Origin: Syntrophales bacterium
GTDB taxonomy: Bacteria; Desulfobacterota; Syntrophia; Syntrophales; JACQWR01
Direction: 5' to 3'
Length of the DNA stretch: 55,239 bases
Assembly: GCA_035283845.1 (NCBI GenBank)
Contig: DATESZ010000155.1
Location: forward strand, 1 to 55,239
Below the pieces are notes generated by a model that did not search any database, was not told the DNA's origin, and saw nothing but the letters and a program-made list of their open reading frames with translations. Position 1 is the stretch's first letter; every line of letters begins with the position of its first letter. The translations under genes and the position numbers were made by a program. Positions 10,855 through 19,410 of the stretch are shown piece after piece.

Positions 10855-12180
10855 CTAATCCGGCTTAGCCGTGGCCGGTGCATTGTCTTGCCCCGGTTTA
10901 CCCCGATCCGGACCTGTCTCTTCCGTATCCTTGAGAATCGTCCGGATTTGGAAGCGGGTCTCGACCTCCTTGCCCAGGGTCAGCGCAATATGGTCGCGCG
11001 CCAGCAGCATGAATCCCACGCAGTTGATATAGCGCGGGTCAATCCCAATCTTATTGGGATGGATGATGCGTTCGTCCAGAACAGTTTCGGGCCAGCCGAA
11101 AAAGGCGCCGATCTCGCTTTTGATGGTATCATAAAGCAGGTGCGCACCGCCGCCGATGATAGTAAAATACTCAATGGTCTGGCCTTTTTGCGACAGCGCC
11201 GTGATGTCACGGGCCACATGTTCCATGATGCGTCGGCCCATAAACAGCGATTCCTGCGCCAGCAACCGGCTGAAATCATAAACACCGATGCCGGGAATCT
11301 CGATTTTGAAATCCTTCAGGGGAAGCCGCTGCATGATCCGCTGCTCGGGGATCTTGAACTTCTGCTCACTGGACTCAAAAATGGTTTCACTGATATTTTT
11401 CGTAATGGTGTAGATGCCTTCTGTTAGGGAATCGGCCAGGTTGATTTCAGCCTCATTGTCGATTATGGGCAGCTTGATCCAGGTGCCGTGACCGATATCG
11501 ATGATGTAGGTGTTGTACACATCCATATTGTACTTGCTGAACAAGAGCGCCATGTAAGCGCCGTAGGCCTGGTACTGCATCACCGAAAAATCAAGCTGGA
11601 TGCTGATCTCTCGCACTTCACCCGTGGCCACGTTCTTGGCCTTGATGGCAACGAACTTTTTTTCGCCGTCGGCAGCGAGATGTTCTTTCATGTAGGCCAG
11701 GAATTTCTCCAGAATATTCTCGCCATGGCGCACGGTGATGCCAAAGCCGAAGCCTGCCTCTTCAATGGGCTTGCCTTTTTTTTCCATCTCCTGGCTAAGC
11801 AGAAACAGGCCGGCCTTGATGGCGAGAAAGGCGTCATCATAGTTCTGGATAAGCCCCTTGTGGGTGAACCAGCTCGTTTTCTCGGAACTTCTCGTCATGG
11901 CGCCCACATATCGCCAGGCGTTCCGACTGTCGTCAAAAATTGCCAGGTTCTTGATCCAGCGATTATCGGAAGACCTGTTCATCATGCGCCAGCTCTTTTC
12001 CATATTGGCCGAAAGGGCATCGCCGACCACGGACGTAAAAATGACTATCGTGTCGTCACAGCAAAACTTGCTTGCCGAGGTCCCCATTTCGCCTCCTATG
12101 GCAACGCATTTGCTTAAATCGGGCCCGGCAATCGCCTCCTTCCCATTTAATTCACTATTTAACTCTCCGCTCGTTGTCAT
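10855..12180 (-). CDS. Actin-fold ATPase, ParM/Alp-like (possibly mad28-type)
   Basis: VAIGGEMGTSASK (phosphate 1, degenerate), YIIDIGHGTWIKL (phosphate 2), FTIIGGGAHLLYD (adenosine). 441 aa. Confidence 0.6.
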   Translation of the reverse strand: MTTSGELNSELNGKEAIAGPDLSKCVAIGGEMGTSASKFCCDDTIVIFTSVVGDALSANMEKSWRMMNRSSDNRWIKNLAIFDDSRNAWRYVGAMTRSSEKTSWFTHKGLIQNYDDAFLAIKAGLFLLSQEMEKKGKPIEEAGFGFGITVRHGENILEKFLAYMKEHLAADGEKKFVAIKAKNVATGEVREISIQLDFSVMQYQAYGAYMALLFSKYNMDVYNTYIIDIGHGTWIKLPIIDNEAEINLADSLTEGIYTITKNISETIFESSEQKFKIPEQRIMQRLPLKDFKIEIPGIGVYDFSRLLAQESLFMGRRIMEHVARDITALSQKGQTIEYFTIIGGGAHLLYDTIKSEIGAFFGWPETVLDERIIHPNKIGIDPRYINCVGFMLLARDHIALTLGKEVETRFQIRTILKDTEETGPDRGKPGQDNAPATAKPD

Positions 12181-12217
12181 AAGGGTACTTTTCTCCTTCT
12201 TAGGTTCCGGGCGCAGA

Positions 12218-14524
12218 TCACTTCAACATATTGCGCAGTTCATCCATCTCTGTCACCAGCGCATCTCGGGATTGGATAGCCCAATTATAATCAGCCCGCA
12301 GGGATTCAAGCTCCTGCAAAACCAGATCCTTTTCATTTACTTTCTTTTCAACTTCAGACTCCAGTGCCTTAGTCCGGCCTTCCGCAAGCTTCAGTTGACC
12401 TTCTATTTCCCCGGCCTTCCTTATGGCCTGGGTCAGAGCCTCAGTCAATTCATGCTCCTTCTTCTGAGCCGCCGCCCTGATCCGGTCCGTCTCACCGGTT
12501 ACAGTGGCCCTCAGCTCTTCCACTTCGGCCTGTGCCGCCCTCTTCATCGCGGCAAGATTTACTTCCAGCGCCTCGGTGAGCTTCTTATGCTCCATAACTG
12601 CCGCTTCCTTGTAACGGCTCTTTTCCGCTTCGGCCTTCTCCCGCTGCTCCTGCACACTTTTTTCGAGCTGTACCTTCTCTTCCGTCATCTTTGCCCTGAT
12701 TGCGGCCAGTTCCAGCTCCCCGCGCTGGCGATCCCTTTCGACCTCAGCCAATTTCGCCTGGCGGTCTTTCTCAAGCTCGGCTTTGAGCTGTTCGATCTGA
12801 AACCAGGCGGCATGCTCCTGCTCTTCCTTAAAGGCGGCCTGCAGAGCTTGCAATTCGGCCTTGTTCCGCTCCTTTTGCAGTTCTATGCTGCGCTCGGCCT
12901 CATCCTTTTTCCGTGCCAGGTCTTCTTCCACCCGTTTACATTCGGCGTCGATTTCGGCCAGCTTTGCCTCCAGCCGTTTACGGTCGTCTTCGATTTCGGC
13001 CAGTTCTTTCTCCACGCGCTTACGGCCGGCGTCGATTTCGGCCAACTTTGACTCGCGGTCTTTTTCCAACTCGGCCTTGAGCCTCTCGATTTCCCGGGCG
13101 GCACTCTGCTTTTCCTCCTCGAAGGCATTCTGCAGAGTTTGCAATTCGACCCTGTTCCGCTCCTTCTGAACTTCCACGACCCGCTCGGCCTCATCCTTTT
13201 TCCGCGCCAGTTCTTCTTCCACCCGTTTGCGGTCCGCTTCAATTTTAGCCAGAGTCGCCTGGCGGTTCTCTTCAAACTCGGCCTTTAGCCTCTCGATTTC
13301 CCGGGCGGCATTCTGCTTTTCCTCCTCGAAGGCATTCTGCAGAGTTTGCAATTCGGCCTTGTTCCGTTCCTTTTGCACTTCTACGACCCGCTCGGCCTCA
13401 TCCTTTTTCCGCGCCAGCTCTTCTTCCACCCGTTTGCGGTCCGCTTCAATTTTGGCCAGCGTCGCCCGGCGGTTCTCTTCAAACTCGGCCTTGAGCCTCT
13501 CGATCTCGCGGGCGGTGCGCTGTTTTTCCTCCCCAAAGGCTTCCTGCAGCGCTTGCAATTCGGCCTTGTTCCGTTCCTTTTGCACTTCTATGACCCGTTC
13601 GGCCTCATCCTTTTTCCGCGCCAGTTCTTCTTCAGCGGCCCTGCGCTGCTGCGCCATCTCCTCTTGCATCGCCTCCCGTTCCCTGGGCACGGAAACCCGC
13701 AGATCACCGTTTTCTGCGCGCAGCTTCTCCATTTCCTGGTGCAACTTATCATAGTCTGACTTGATGCGGCTAAGCTCGGCTTTCTCCCGAACCAACTGGA
13801 TATTTTCATCCTGCGCACCCTTCAGTTCCTGCCGGAGTGTTTCCCGTTCCCGTTCCACCCGGTCGATGTCGCGTTTCTTGAGCTCCTCCAGCTCCTGGCT
13901 CTTGGTCTGCAGGGAGCCGATCAGAGCATCTTTGTCTGCCATCTTCTTCCGGATCCTGTCCACCTCGCCCAGGGCGTCCTTCATTTTGGTGAAGCTTTCC
14001 TCCTCCACGTCCCTGATCTTGGCCATCTGACCTTCCAACTGCTGCCGGAGATTCTCCACATCCTTCGCCTTTTCGACGATATTATGCAGCCGTGCGTAGG
14101 CAGGCCGGATGTCGGCGCTCTGCAGGATGCCCCGGCCCATTTGATAGCTTACCGTGCGGGCGTTGATGCTCTCGACAAGATCGAAGTAATTAAGCGGCTT
14201 TCTGAAATACTTGTGGATATGCCCGCTATCGATGGCCTGCACGACCTTTTCAATGGCGCTGTAGTCGTGCGATGTGGCGATCCGCAGCACTGATCCGTCA
14301 AGACCCTTCAGGTCATCCAGAAGGCCGGCAAAGGGCTTGTCCGATATTCCGGCGTCCACAATTACGACCTGGGGTCTCAACTGTGCAAATACCTTAAGGC
14401 CGTTATCCCCGGTGGCGCTGGTGAAAACAGTAAAGTGACGGGACAGCTCCGCGGCCGCTTCCGTCAAAAAGTCCGTGTCTTCATCGATGATCAGTACTTT
14501 CACGTGATATTCCATCATATTCAT
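12218..14524 (-). CDS. Receiver-domain protein fused to a ~600-aa repetitive coiled coil
   Basis: N-terminal REC-like domain (VLIIDEDTDF...VVIVDAGISD...HKYFRKPLN). The rest is E/K/R/A heptad-rich sequence containing 69-aa tandem repeats and 14-aa mini-repeats. Confidence 0.75.
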   Translation of the reverse strand: MNMMEYHVKVLIIDEDTDFLTEAAAELSRHFTVFTSATGDNGLKVFAQLRPQVVIVDAGISDKPFAGLLDDLKGLDGSVLRIATSHDYSAIEKVVQAIDSGHIHKYFRKPLNYFDLVESINARTVSYQMGRGILQSADIRPAYARLHNIVEKAKDVENLRQQLEGQMAKIRDVEEESFTKMKDALGEVDRIRKKMADKDALIGSLQTKSQELEELKKRDIDRVERERETLRQELKGAQDENIQLVREKAELSRIKSDYDKLHQEMEKLRAENGDLRVSVPREREAMQEEMAQQRRAAEEELARKKDEAERVIEVQKERNKAELQALQEAFGEEKQRTAREIERLKAEFEENRRATLAKIEADRKRVEEELARKKDEAERVVEVQKERNKAELQTLQNAFEEEKQNAAREIERLKAEFEENRQATLAKIEADRKRVEEELARKKDEAERVVEVQKERNRVELQTLQNAFEEEKQSAAREIERLKAELEKDRESKLAEIDAGRKRVEKELAEIEDDRKRLEAKLAEIDAECKRVEEDLARKKDEAERSIELQKERNKAELQALQAAFKEEQEHAAWFQIEQLKAELEKDRQAKLAEVERDRQRGELELAAIRAKMTEEKVQLEKSVQEQREKAEAEKSRYKEAAVMEHKKLTEALEVNLAAMKRAAQAEVEELRATVTGETDRIRAAAQKKEHELTEALTQAIRKAGEIEGQLKLAEGRTKALESEVEKKVNEKDLVLQELESLRADYNWAIQSRDALVTEMDELRNMLK
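12842..13640. repeat. In-frame tandem repeats inside the coiled-coil gene (207-bp unit plus 42-bp mini-units)
   Basis: The unit starting cagag/cagcg...ttgcaattcg recurs at 12842, 13133, 13340 and 13547. Spacings are 291 (207+84), 207 and 207 nt. The gtcgatttcggccag mini-repeat recurs every 42 nt in 12940-13050. Confidence 0.85.
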
Positions 14525-14543
14525 TCCCCTAATTGCGTTCTTA

Positions 14544-16550
14544 CTATAAACGGTTGAATTCCTCCGCTACGCTCTCCTCATTCACAGAATCTTTGCCGGC
14601 CAGGGTAGCCGACGCACAAACACCATCCAGCATGCGGATCGCCTTGCCGGGAAAACACTGCCCGGGCAGAAAACGGGCCGCCATTTCCACACAGGCTGCC
14701 AGTGCCTGTTCGGTAATCTTCAATCCGTAATGCTTTTCATAGACAGACTTAATGCCTCTCAGGATAGCGAGGCTCTGGGGTACGTCCGGTTCAGGAATGG
14801 TAACGGTCTGGAAGCGCCGCGCCAGCGCTCGGTCCGGTTCGATGTACTGCCGGTATTCCTCGGAGGTTGTTGCTCCGATGCAGGGAAACTCACCGCGCGC
14901 CAGGGAAGGTTTCAGGATGTTCTCCGCACCCGTCGAGCCTTCCGTCGCTCCCATCCCGAGCAGCGTATGAATCTCGTCGATGAAAACGATGATCCGATCG
15001 ACGTTGCTTTTTACCTCCTCCACCAGCCCCTCGATGCGGGTTTCAAACTCCCCACGATACTTGGTCCCGGAAAGCATGGCGTTCAGGTTCAATGCAATGA
15101 TCCGTTTATCCCTGAACATGACGGGCACTTCCTTTTTCACGATCAACTGGGCCAGCCCCTCCACCACCGCTGTTTTACCGACGCCCGCCTTACCTACCAG
15201 GATGGGATTATTGGCCTCCATCTGCGACAATACCTTAAGGCAGGAATATATCTCCCGGTCGCGGCCGACTATCGGCTTGATCCGGTTCTCCTCCACCTGC
15301 CCCGTGAGGTCCCGGCCAAACCGCTCCAGAAAGTGCAGACGCCGGCCGGCTGTTTCATCCCGGATAACACCGAAAATGGGCGCGACTTCAGGGGGCAGGT
15401 CCAGGGTAGGGGCCAGTATGACCACAAAACTATGCCTTTGTTTTAGCACCTCCGGCATGGATTTAATGATGGAAATCAGCTCCACGAATTCCTGGCCCGA
15501 CATATTTTCCCGCCGCAGGTAATAATGAAAATCCTCCAGCAGATAGAGGGTATTTTTCTGGCATTCGTTACGGATCACGCCGAGGGCTTCGAGGGGCGAT
15601 AGTTTGGCGTGGAGCAGATAATTATCGCTAAACATATATTTTCCCGCATACTTACCGCCGATATCCTGAAATCCTTCGGAAAAGGTCCACTGGAGAGGGA
15701 TTAAGCCCATCTGCGCGGAGACACGCGTAAACCTGTCGATCAGCTTGCGTGAATCAGTATAGGCCGCGATAAAGAGACTGATGTCCGAGGCAAATTGCTT
15801 CGCCAGGGCGCCATCCTCGGCAGATATCGGGGGTGCAATCAGCCTCCGCAGAGACCGTTCCCCGTCCCGGGCCCCATCCTGGCCGCTGTCCGGTGACGGG
15901 AGGCGGGCGGAATCACTGCTGTAATCCGCAGGCGGCGTAGCGGCTGCGCCTGCGTCATTGGCCAGGGCATAATCGCTGCCGGGCATTACCTCTTCCTTGA
16001 ATTCTTCAACAGGCCAGTCAGTAAAATCGCTGCGGACAGCCTTCTGGCGACCGCCGTCGCGGTCCGGCTGCGGCGGAAAAAAATCCGGGGCATTATGCTG
16101 CCCGGGCAAGCCCCCGGTAAAGTTGAACCACCTGAGATCGAAGCCCTTGATCAGTTGCGCCTGTTCGGCCTGGCTCATGGCCAGGAACCGGTCGGAAAAG
16201 TAAACATAAATGTCAAATTCAAAAGGCGTGGGCAGGGGGTGCTTTTTTATAAAGGGAAAAGTGCCCGCGCCATTTTTTCCTTTCATCAAGCGGTAACTCC
16301 TCTCCAGATAAGCCTTTTCCGAGTCCAGGGGATCATAAAAGGCGAGGCGGAACTCACCGGCAACGCCGCTGCCCACGAGCTGCTGTAAATCGTGCATCAG
16401 TCCTCCCATTAATGCTTCGGGAATAATGCCGTAGTAGCCGTTCAGCAGTTCAATATCGTAGCTCAGGGTCTTATAAAGGACAGCTTTGGTCGCCCGGACC
16501 GTTTCCGGTCGTATGGGGTATCTCTCTTTTTTGAATAGACCCTGAAACAC
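14544..16550 (-). CDS. AAA+ ATPase with a single ClpA/ClpB D1-like module and a novel ~390-aa N-terminal region
   Basis: Walker [16 protein letters not shown], Walker [36 protein letters not shown] (Clp D1 signature region). No second AAA module. GTG start overlaps the upstream stop by 1 nt. Confidence 0.8.
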   Translation of the reverse strand: MFQGLFKKERYPIRPETVRATKAVLYKTLSYDIELLNGYYGIIPEALMGGLMHDLQQLVGSGVAGEFRLAFYDPLDSEKAYLERSYRLMKGKNGAGTFPFIKKHPLPTPFEFDIYVYFSDRFLAMSQAEQAQLIKGFDLRWFNFTGGLPGQHNAPDFFPPQPDRDGGRQKAVRSDFTDWPVEEFKEEVMPGSDYALANDAGAAATPPADYSSDSARLPSPDSGQDGARDGERSLRRLIAPPISAEDGALAKQFASDISLFIAAYTDSRKLIDRFTRVSAQMGLIPLQWTFSEGFQDIGGKYAGKYMFSDNYLLHAKLSPLEALGVIRNECQKNTLYLLEDFHYYLRRENMSGQEFVELISIIKSMPEVLKQRHSFVVILAPTLDLPPEVAPIFGVIRDETAGRRLHFLERFGRDLTGQVEENRIKPIVGRDREIYSCLKVLSQMEANNPILVGKAGVGKTAVVEGLAQLIVKKEVPVMFRDKRIIALNLNAMLSGTKYRGEFETRIEGLVEEVKSNVDRIIVFIDEIHTLLGMGATEGSTGAENILKPSLARGEFPCIGATTSEEYRQYIEPDRALARRFQTVTIPEPDVPQSLAILRGIKSVYEKHYGLKITEQALAACVEMAARFLPGQCFPGKAIRMLDGVCASATLAGKDSVNEESVAEEFNRL

Positions 16551-17350
16551 TACTTTTCCTTTATCAGATCATCGATGCGCAACCTGGCATCCTCGATGTA
16601 ATCGCGCATCTCATCAATGGCGTCCTGGTACATGAGGAGCCGGTTGGCCAGTTTATCATTCCCCGCTGCATACTGGTTCTGCGCATTTTCCGTTTTCTTC
16701 AGCTTCGTGATCACCCGGGTCTTCTTTTTCAGCAGTTTGGGGAATTCCGCTTCAAGCCTTTCTATGCCCTGCATTATCTGCTGCTCCTTGCTCTTCATGT
16801 CTTTTCCAAGACCCAGAAGCTCCGAATTGGATTCCCACAGGGCATTGTAGTTCTGTCTGAGATTGGCCAGGTTAAGGTTTTGCTCCTCCAGCGATTTATT
16901 CAACTCGGGCAGTCGTTCCTGCAATTCGGAAATGGCCTTCTTCTTCTCCTTGAGGCGTTTGTTCAGGTAAAACTCCTCGCCCAGCAGGCGATTGCGCTCC
17001 GCCATCTGGAAATCAAAATTCTTTTTGAGTTCCAGATTATGCTTTTTCAGATATCCTAACCGCTCGGCATCATCGATGAAGCGGATGGCGCCCAGTTGGA
17101 GGAGATCGGAAAAGATCAGGTGCGCCTCGCTTGGCTCCAGCGTAAAATATGCCCCGATCTCTTCCGCGCTTTTTAAACCGTCGATTGTTTGCAGAAATTC
17201 CTCTTTGTCAGGATCTCCGCTGACCAGTTCCCTGCTCCGGACAACCGGGTACTTCTGCTTCATCTGATCCCAACTGTTCATCAGTTTTTTCTTAAGCTGC
17301 ACCTGCATGTTGCCTGTATTGTGCGTGCCTTCTGGGGTATTATCGCTCAT
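16550..17350 (-). CDS. Coiled-coil protein (mad24-26-type candidate)
   Basis: The C-terminal ~170 aa are heptad-rich (LKEKKKAISELQERLPELNKSLEEQNLNLANL...). Sits in the operon series after the HEAT-repeat gene. Confidence 0.5.
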   Translation of the reverse strand: MSDNTPEGTHNTGNMQVQLKKKLMNSWDQMKQKYPVVRSRELVSGDPDKEEFLQTIDGLKSAEEIGAYFTLEPSEAHLIFSDLLQLGAIRFIDDAERLGYLKKHNLELKKNFDFQMAERNRLLGEEFYLNKRLKEKKKAISELQERLPELNKSLEEQNLNLANLRQNYNALWESNSELLGLGKDMKSKEQQIMQGIERLEAEFPKLLKKKTRVITKLKKTENAQNQYAAGNDKLANRLLMYQDAIDEMRDYIEDARLRIDDLIKEK

Positions 17351-17415
17351 GGTGCGGTCCTTTTCTCTGCTTGATTGCCACGTAAAAGTCAGGATAACCT
17401 AATTTTACAGCTTCG

Positions 17416-18063
17416 TCATGGCTTGGCTTTGGTCATGGATTTCAGCTTATCTTCCATGACGACAATCTCTCGGTAAGCGTCATCGCGTTCTTCCCTGACC
17501 TTATCGATCTGTGCCGTCAGTGTCCTGTTAATGGCTTCCAGCTTCGCCAATTTTTCCTTTTCCAACTTGGAGAGGGAGCGGAACTTATCCACTTCCGCGA
17601 TCGTCAATTCCAGTTTCCTCTCCAGGTCCTGCATGAGCGGGAAATCCCGATCCAGGGCGTCGATTTTCTGCTTTACCGCCTCCTTTTCCCTCTGGAGTTC
17701 CTCTCTTACCTTTCTCCTGTCCCGCACTTCTTCCCTGAGGGAGGCATTCAGGGTGAGCACGTCGCGCAGGTGCCCCTCAAGCTCCTTGATAATGGAAAAC
17801 ATCTCCTTGACTGTGCTTTCAAATTTGGATCCCGAGATCTGGGTGAAATTATCAATTTTCAGCTCAGAGATCCTTTTCAGTTGCTCCAATATCCGGGGAA
17901 CTTCAATTCGGGATTTACTTTCCACCACAAAATCGTTAAATTCGATTTCCTTCGTCTGCCTTTGGGTAGCATCTAAATTTTCCACTGTCGCCCCTTTCTC
18001 CGTCTGGCCTGCGTTCTTTCCGTCATATATTGCGATAAAATTCCATTTTCCCTTTTTTAACAA
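17416..18063 (-). CDS. Coiled-coil protein (mad24-26-type candidate)
   Basis: E/K/R/L heptad-rich throughout (REEVRDRRKVREELQREKEAVKQKIDAL...). The track start overlaps the upstream gene by 41 nt, so the true start may be further downstream. Confidence 0.5.
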   Translation of the reverse strand: MLKKGKWNFIAIYDGKNAGQTEKGATVENLDATQRQTKEIEFNDFVVESKSRIEVPRILEQLKRISELKIDNFTQISGSKFESTVKEMFSIIKELEGHLRDVLTLNASLREEVRDRRKVREELQREKEAVKQKIDALDRDFPLMQDLERKLELTIAEVDKFRSLSKLEKEKLAKLEAINRTLTAQIDKVREERDDAYREIVVMEDKLKSMTKAKP

Positions 18064-19168
18064 TCGAGTTAAATGCGGAAAACAGCTTCTCCATCGATTC
18101 TTCTGACAAGGCGATCTTGTCGTGCAGCGATTTTTTCTGCTTCAAGGCTTTATTCAATAAGCCTTCCACGTTCATCATAATATCCTCGGCAAAGCCTGTT
18201 TCGCCGCTGACAAATTCGTAACTGGACCGGATGCTGTTGAAACGCCGGAATAGATCATCGAGCAACACATGCTTTTCCTCGACTATATCGAGCAGCTTCT
18301 GATGCTCATCACGGAGAAAGTTTATTTCCGTGGAGAGCCGGTTGGATTCTATGCGGGTGCTAATCACCCGGCTCTGGAGCGCTTTGAAATTACTGAGTTC
18401 CAGGTCATACTTTTCCGAAACGACGGGATACTGGTTTTTCAGATTTTTATTGCTCGCAAGCAGGGTGTTGTTCGCCGCGATCAGCCGGTCGCATTCCGCA
18501 CTCAATTGCTCATTGATTGTCGTAAGCTCGGCCACGCGGCGCGCCATATCCTGGCTGGCGCGCTGTTCCGCGTTGTTACGCAAAAGGTTTTTGATCTCGA
18601 AGGCCGTATTGGTGGAAATGCCTGTAATCCTGGCCAGTTCCAAGGCGTCGGTCTTGAGCAGACGCTCTGCGTCAAGGAGGCCGTGCTCCTGCAAAATCTG
18701 CACTTCCCGATCATCGATGGAAGGATGAGTTCGAAGGAGCTCTTCGCAGTAACCAGGCTGATAAGGCAGGATATCGACGGTTGCCGCTGTCCCCTGGCCG
18801 GTGATGATCCCCCTGGCGGCCGGTTTTGACGCCGCCGTCCAACCCTGCAACATCTTTTCCACCTGGTCAATCTGTCCTATCAGGAGGCCATTCTGCTCAG
18901 CCGTATGATCTCCAGTCTCCAGAATAGAAATAAGGCCATGCAGCCGCGCCAGCATATTGACATCCCGGCGCCGGCCGGCCAGTTTCACAAGCGAATCCAG
19001 GGGTGTTGCATAGGCCTGCCGGACGGCGCTGAAGGGGAGACCTCCTTCAACGTCCTTGATGATTTCATGAAGCGCGACAATACTGGCGGCGGCGATATCC
19101 ACCTCACGTCCGTTCAGGCCGGCGGCAATGTCCGGCGTCGCCCCGTCTCTTTTCCCCTCTACCTGCAT
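18023..19168 (-). CDS. Hypothetical protein with a helix-hairpin-helix-like segment and a C-terminal coiled coil
   Basis: LELARITGISTNTAFEIKNLL resembles an HhH motif, followed by a coiled-coil segment (RVAELTTINEQLSAECDRLIAANNTLL...). Confidence 0.45.
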   Translation of the reverse strand: MQVEGKRDGATPDIAAGLNGREVDIAAASIVALHEIIKDVEGGLPFSAVRQAYATPLDSLVKLAGRRRDVNMLARLHGLISILETGDHTAEQNGLLIGQIDQVEKMLQGWTAASKPAARGIITGQGTAATVDILPYQPGYCEELLRTHPSIDDREVQILQEHGLLDAERLLKTDALELARITGISTNTAFEIKNLLRNNAEQRASQDMARRVAELTTINEQLSAECDRLIAANNTLLASNKNLKNQYPVVSEKYDLELSNFKALQSRVISTRIESNRLSTEINFLRDEHQKLLDIVEEKHVLLDDLFRRFNSIRSSYEFVSGETGFAEDIMMNVEGLLNKALKQKKSLHDKIALSEESMEKLFSAFNSIVKKGKMEFYRNI

Positions 19169-19260
19169 ATAAGGCCCTCCTTATCCTCTCGATACTGACG
19201 TTTCACTCGAAAATGCGCATCTAAGTATTCGATTTCCTTATATTCACCTGTGTAGCCATT

Positions 19261-19409
19261 TTCATTCTCATTTGTGTCGGGTACCGTCATGAGGGTTTCA
19301 CCTGAAAATACCTTTCACCCTCCCCCTCACCCCCTCCCCTTGAGGGAGGGGGAAGGGGGAGGGGTAATTTTCATTCTCCTTTGTGACGGACACCGTCATG
19401 AGGGTTTCA
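19261..19409. repeat. Composite type A element: 40-bp direct repeats flanking the C/G-tract hairpin
   Basis: 19297..19409 equals 6182..6294 with 1 mismatch. 19261..19300 and 19370..19409 are direct repeats (36 of 40 identical). Lies immediately 3' of the HEAT-repeat gene stop codon. Confidence 0.85.
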
Positions 19410-19410
19410 C

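Noticed and set aside
11858-13051. 397-aa plus-strand ORF and neighbours (12861..13754) opposite the coiled-coil gene
   Set aside because: The reverse complement of E/K/R-rich repeats gives long open L/F/S-rich frames. The repeat periodicity belongs to the minus-strand protein.
12842-13640. Regular 207-bp and 42-bp DNA repeats considered as a CRISPR-like or satellite array
   Set aside because: The repeats are contiguous without unique spacers, stay in frame and encode a continuous coiled coil. No cas genes are present.
19294-19309. parS-like sequences (GGTTTCACCTGAAAAT here; ACTTTCACGTGATATT at 14496..14511)
   Set aside because: They match the canonical parS in only 12 of 16 and 11 of 16 positions, with imperfect dyad symmetry. 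That is too weak to call without binding data, so they are kept only as test candidates.
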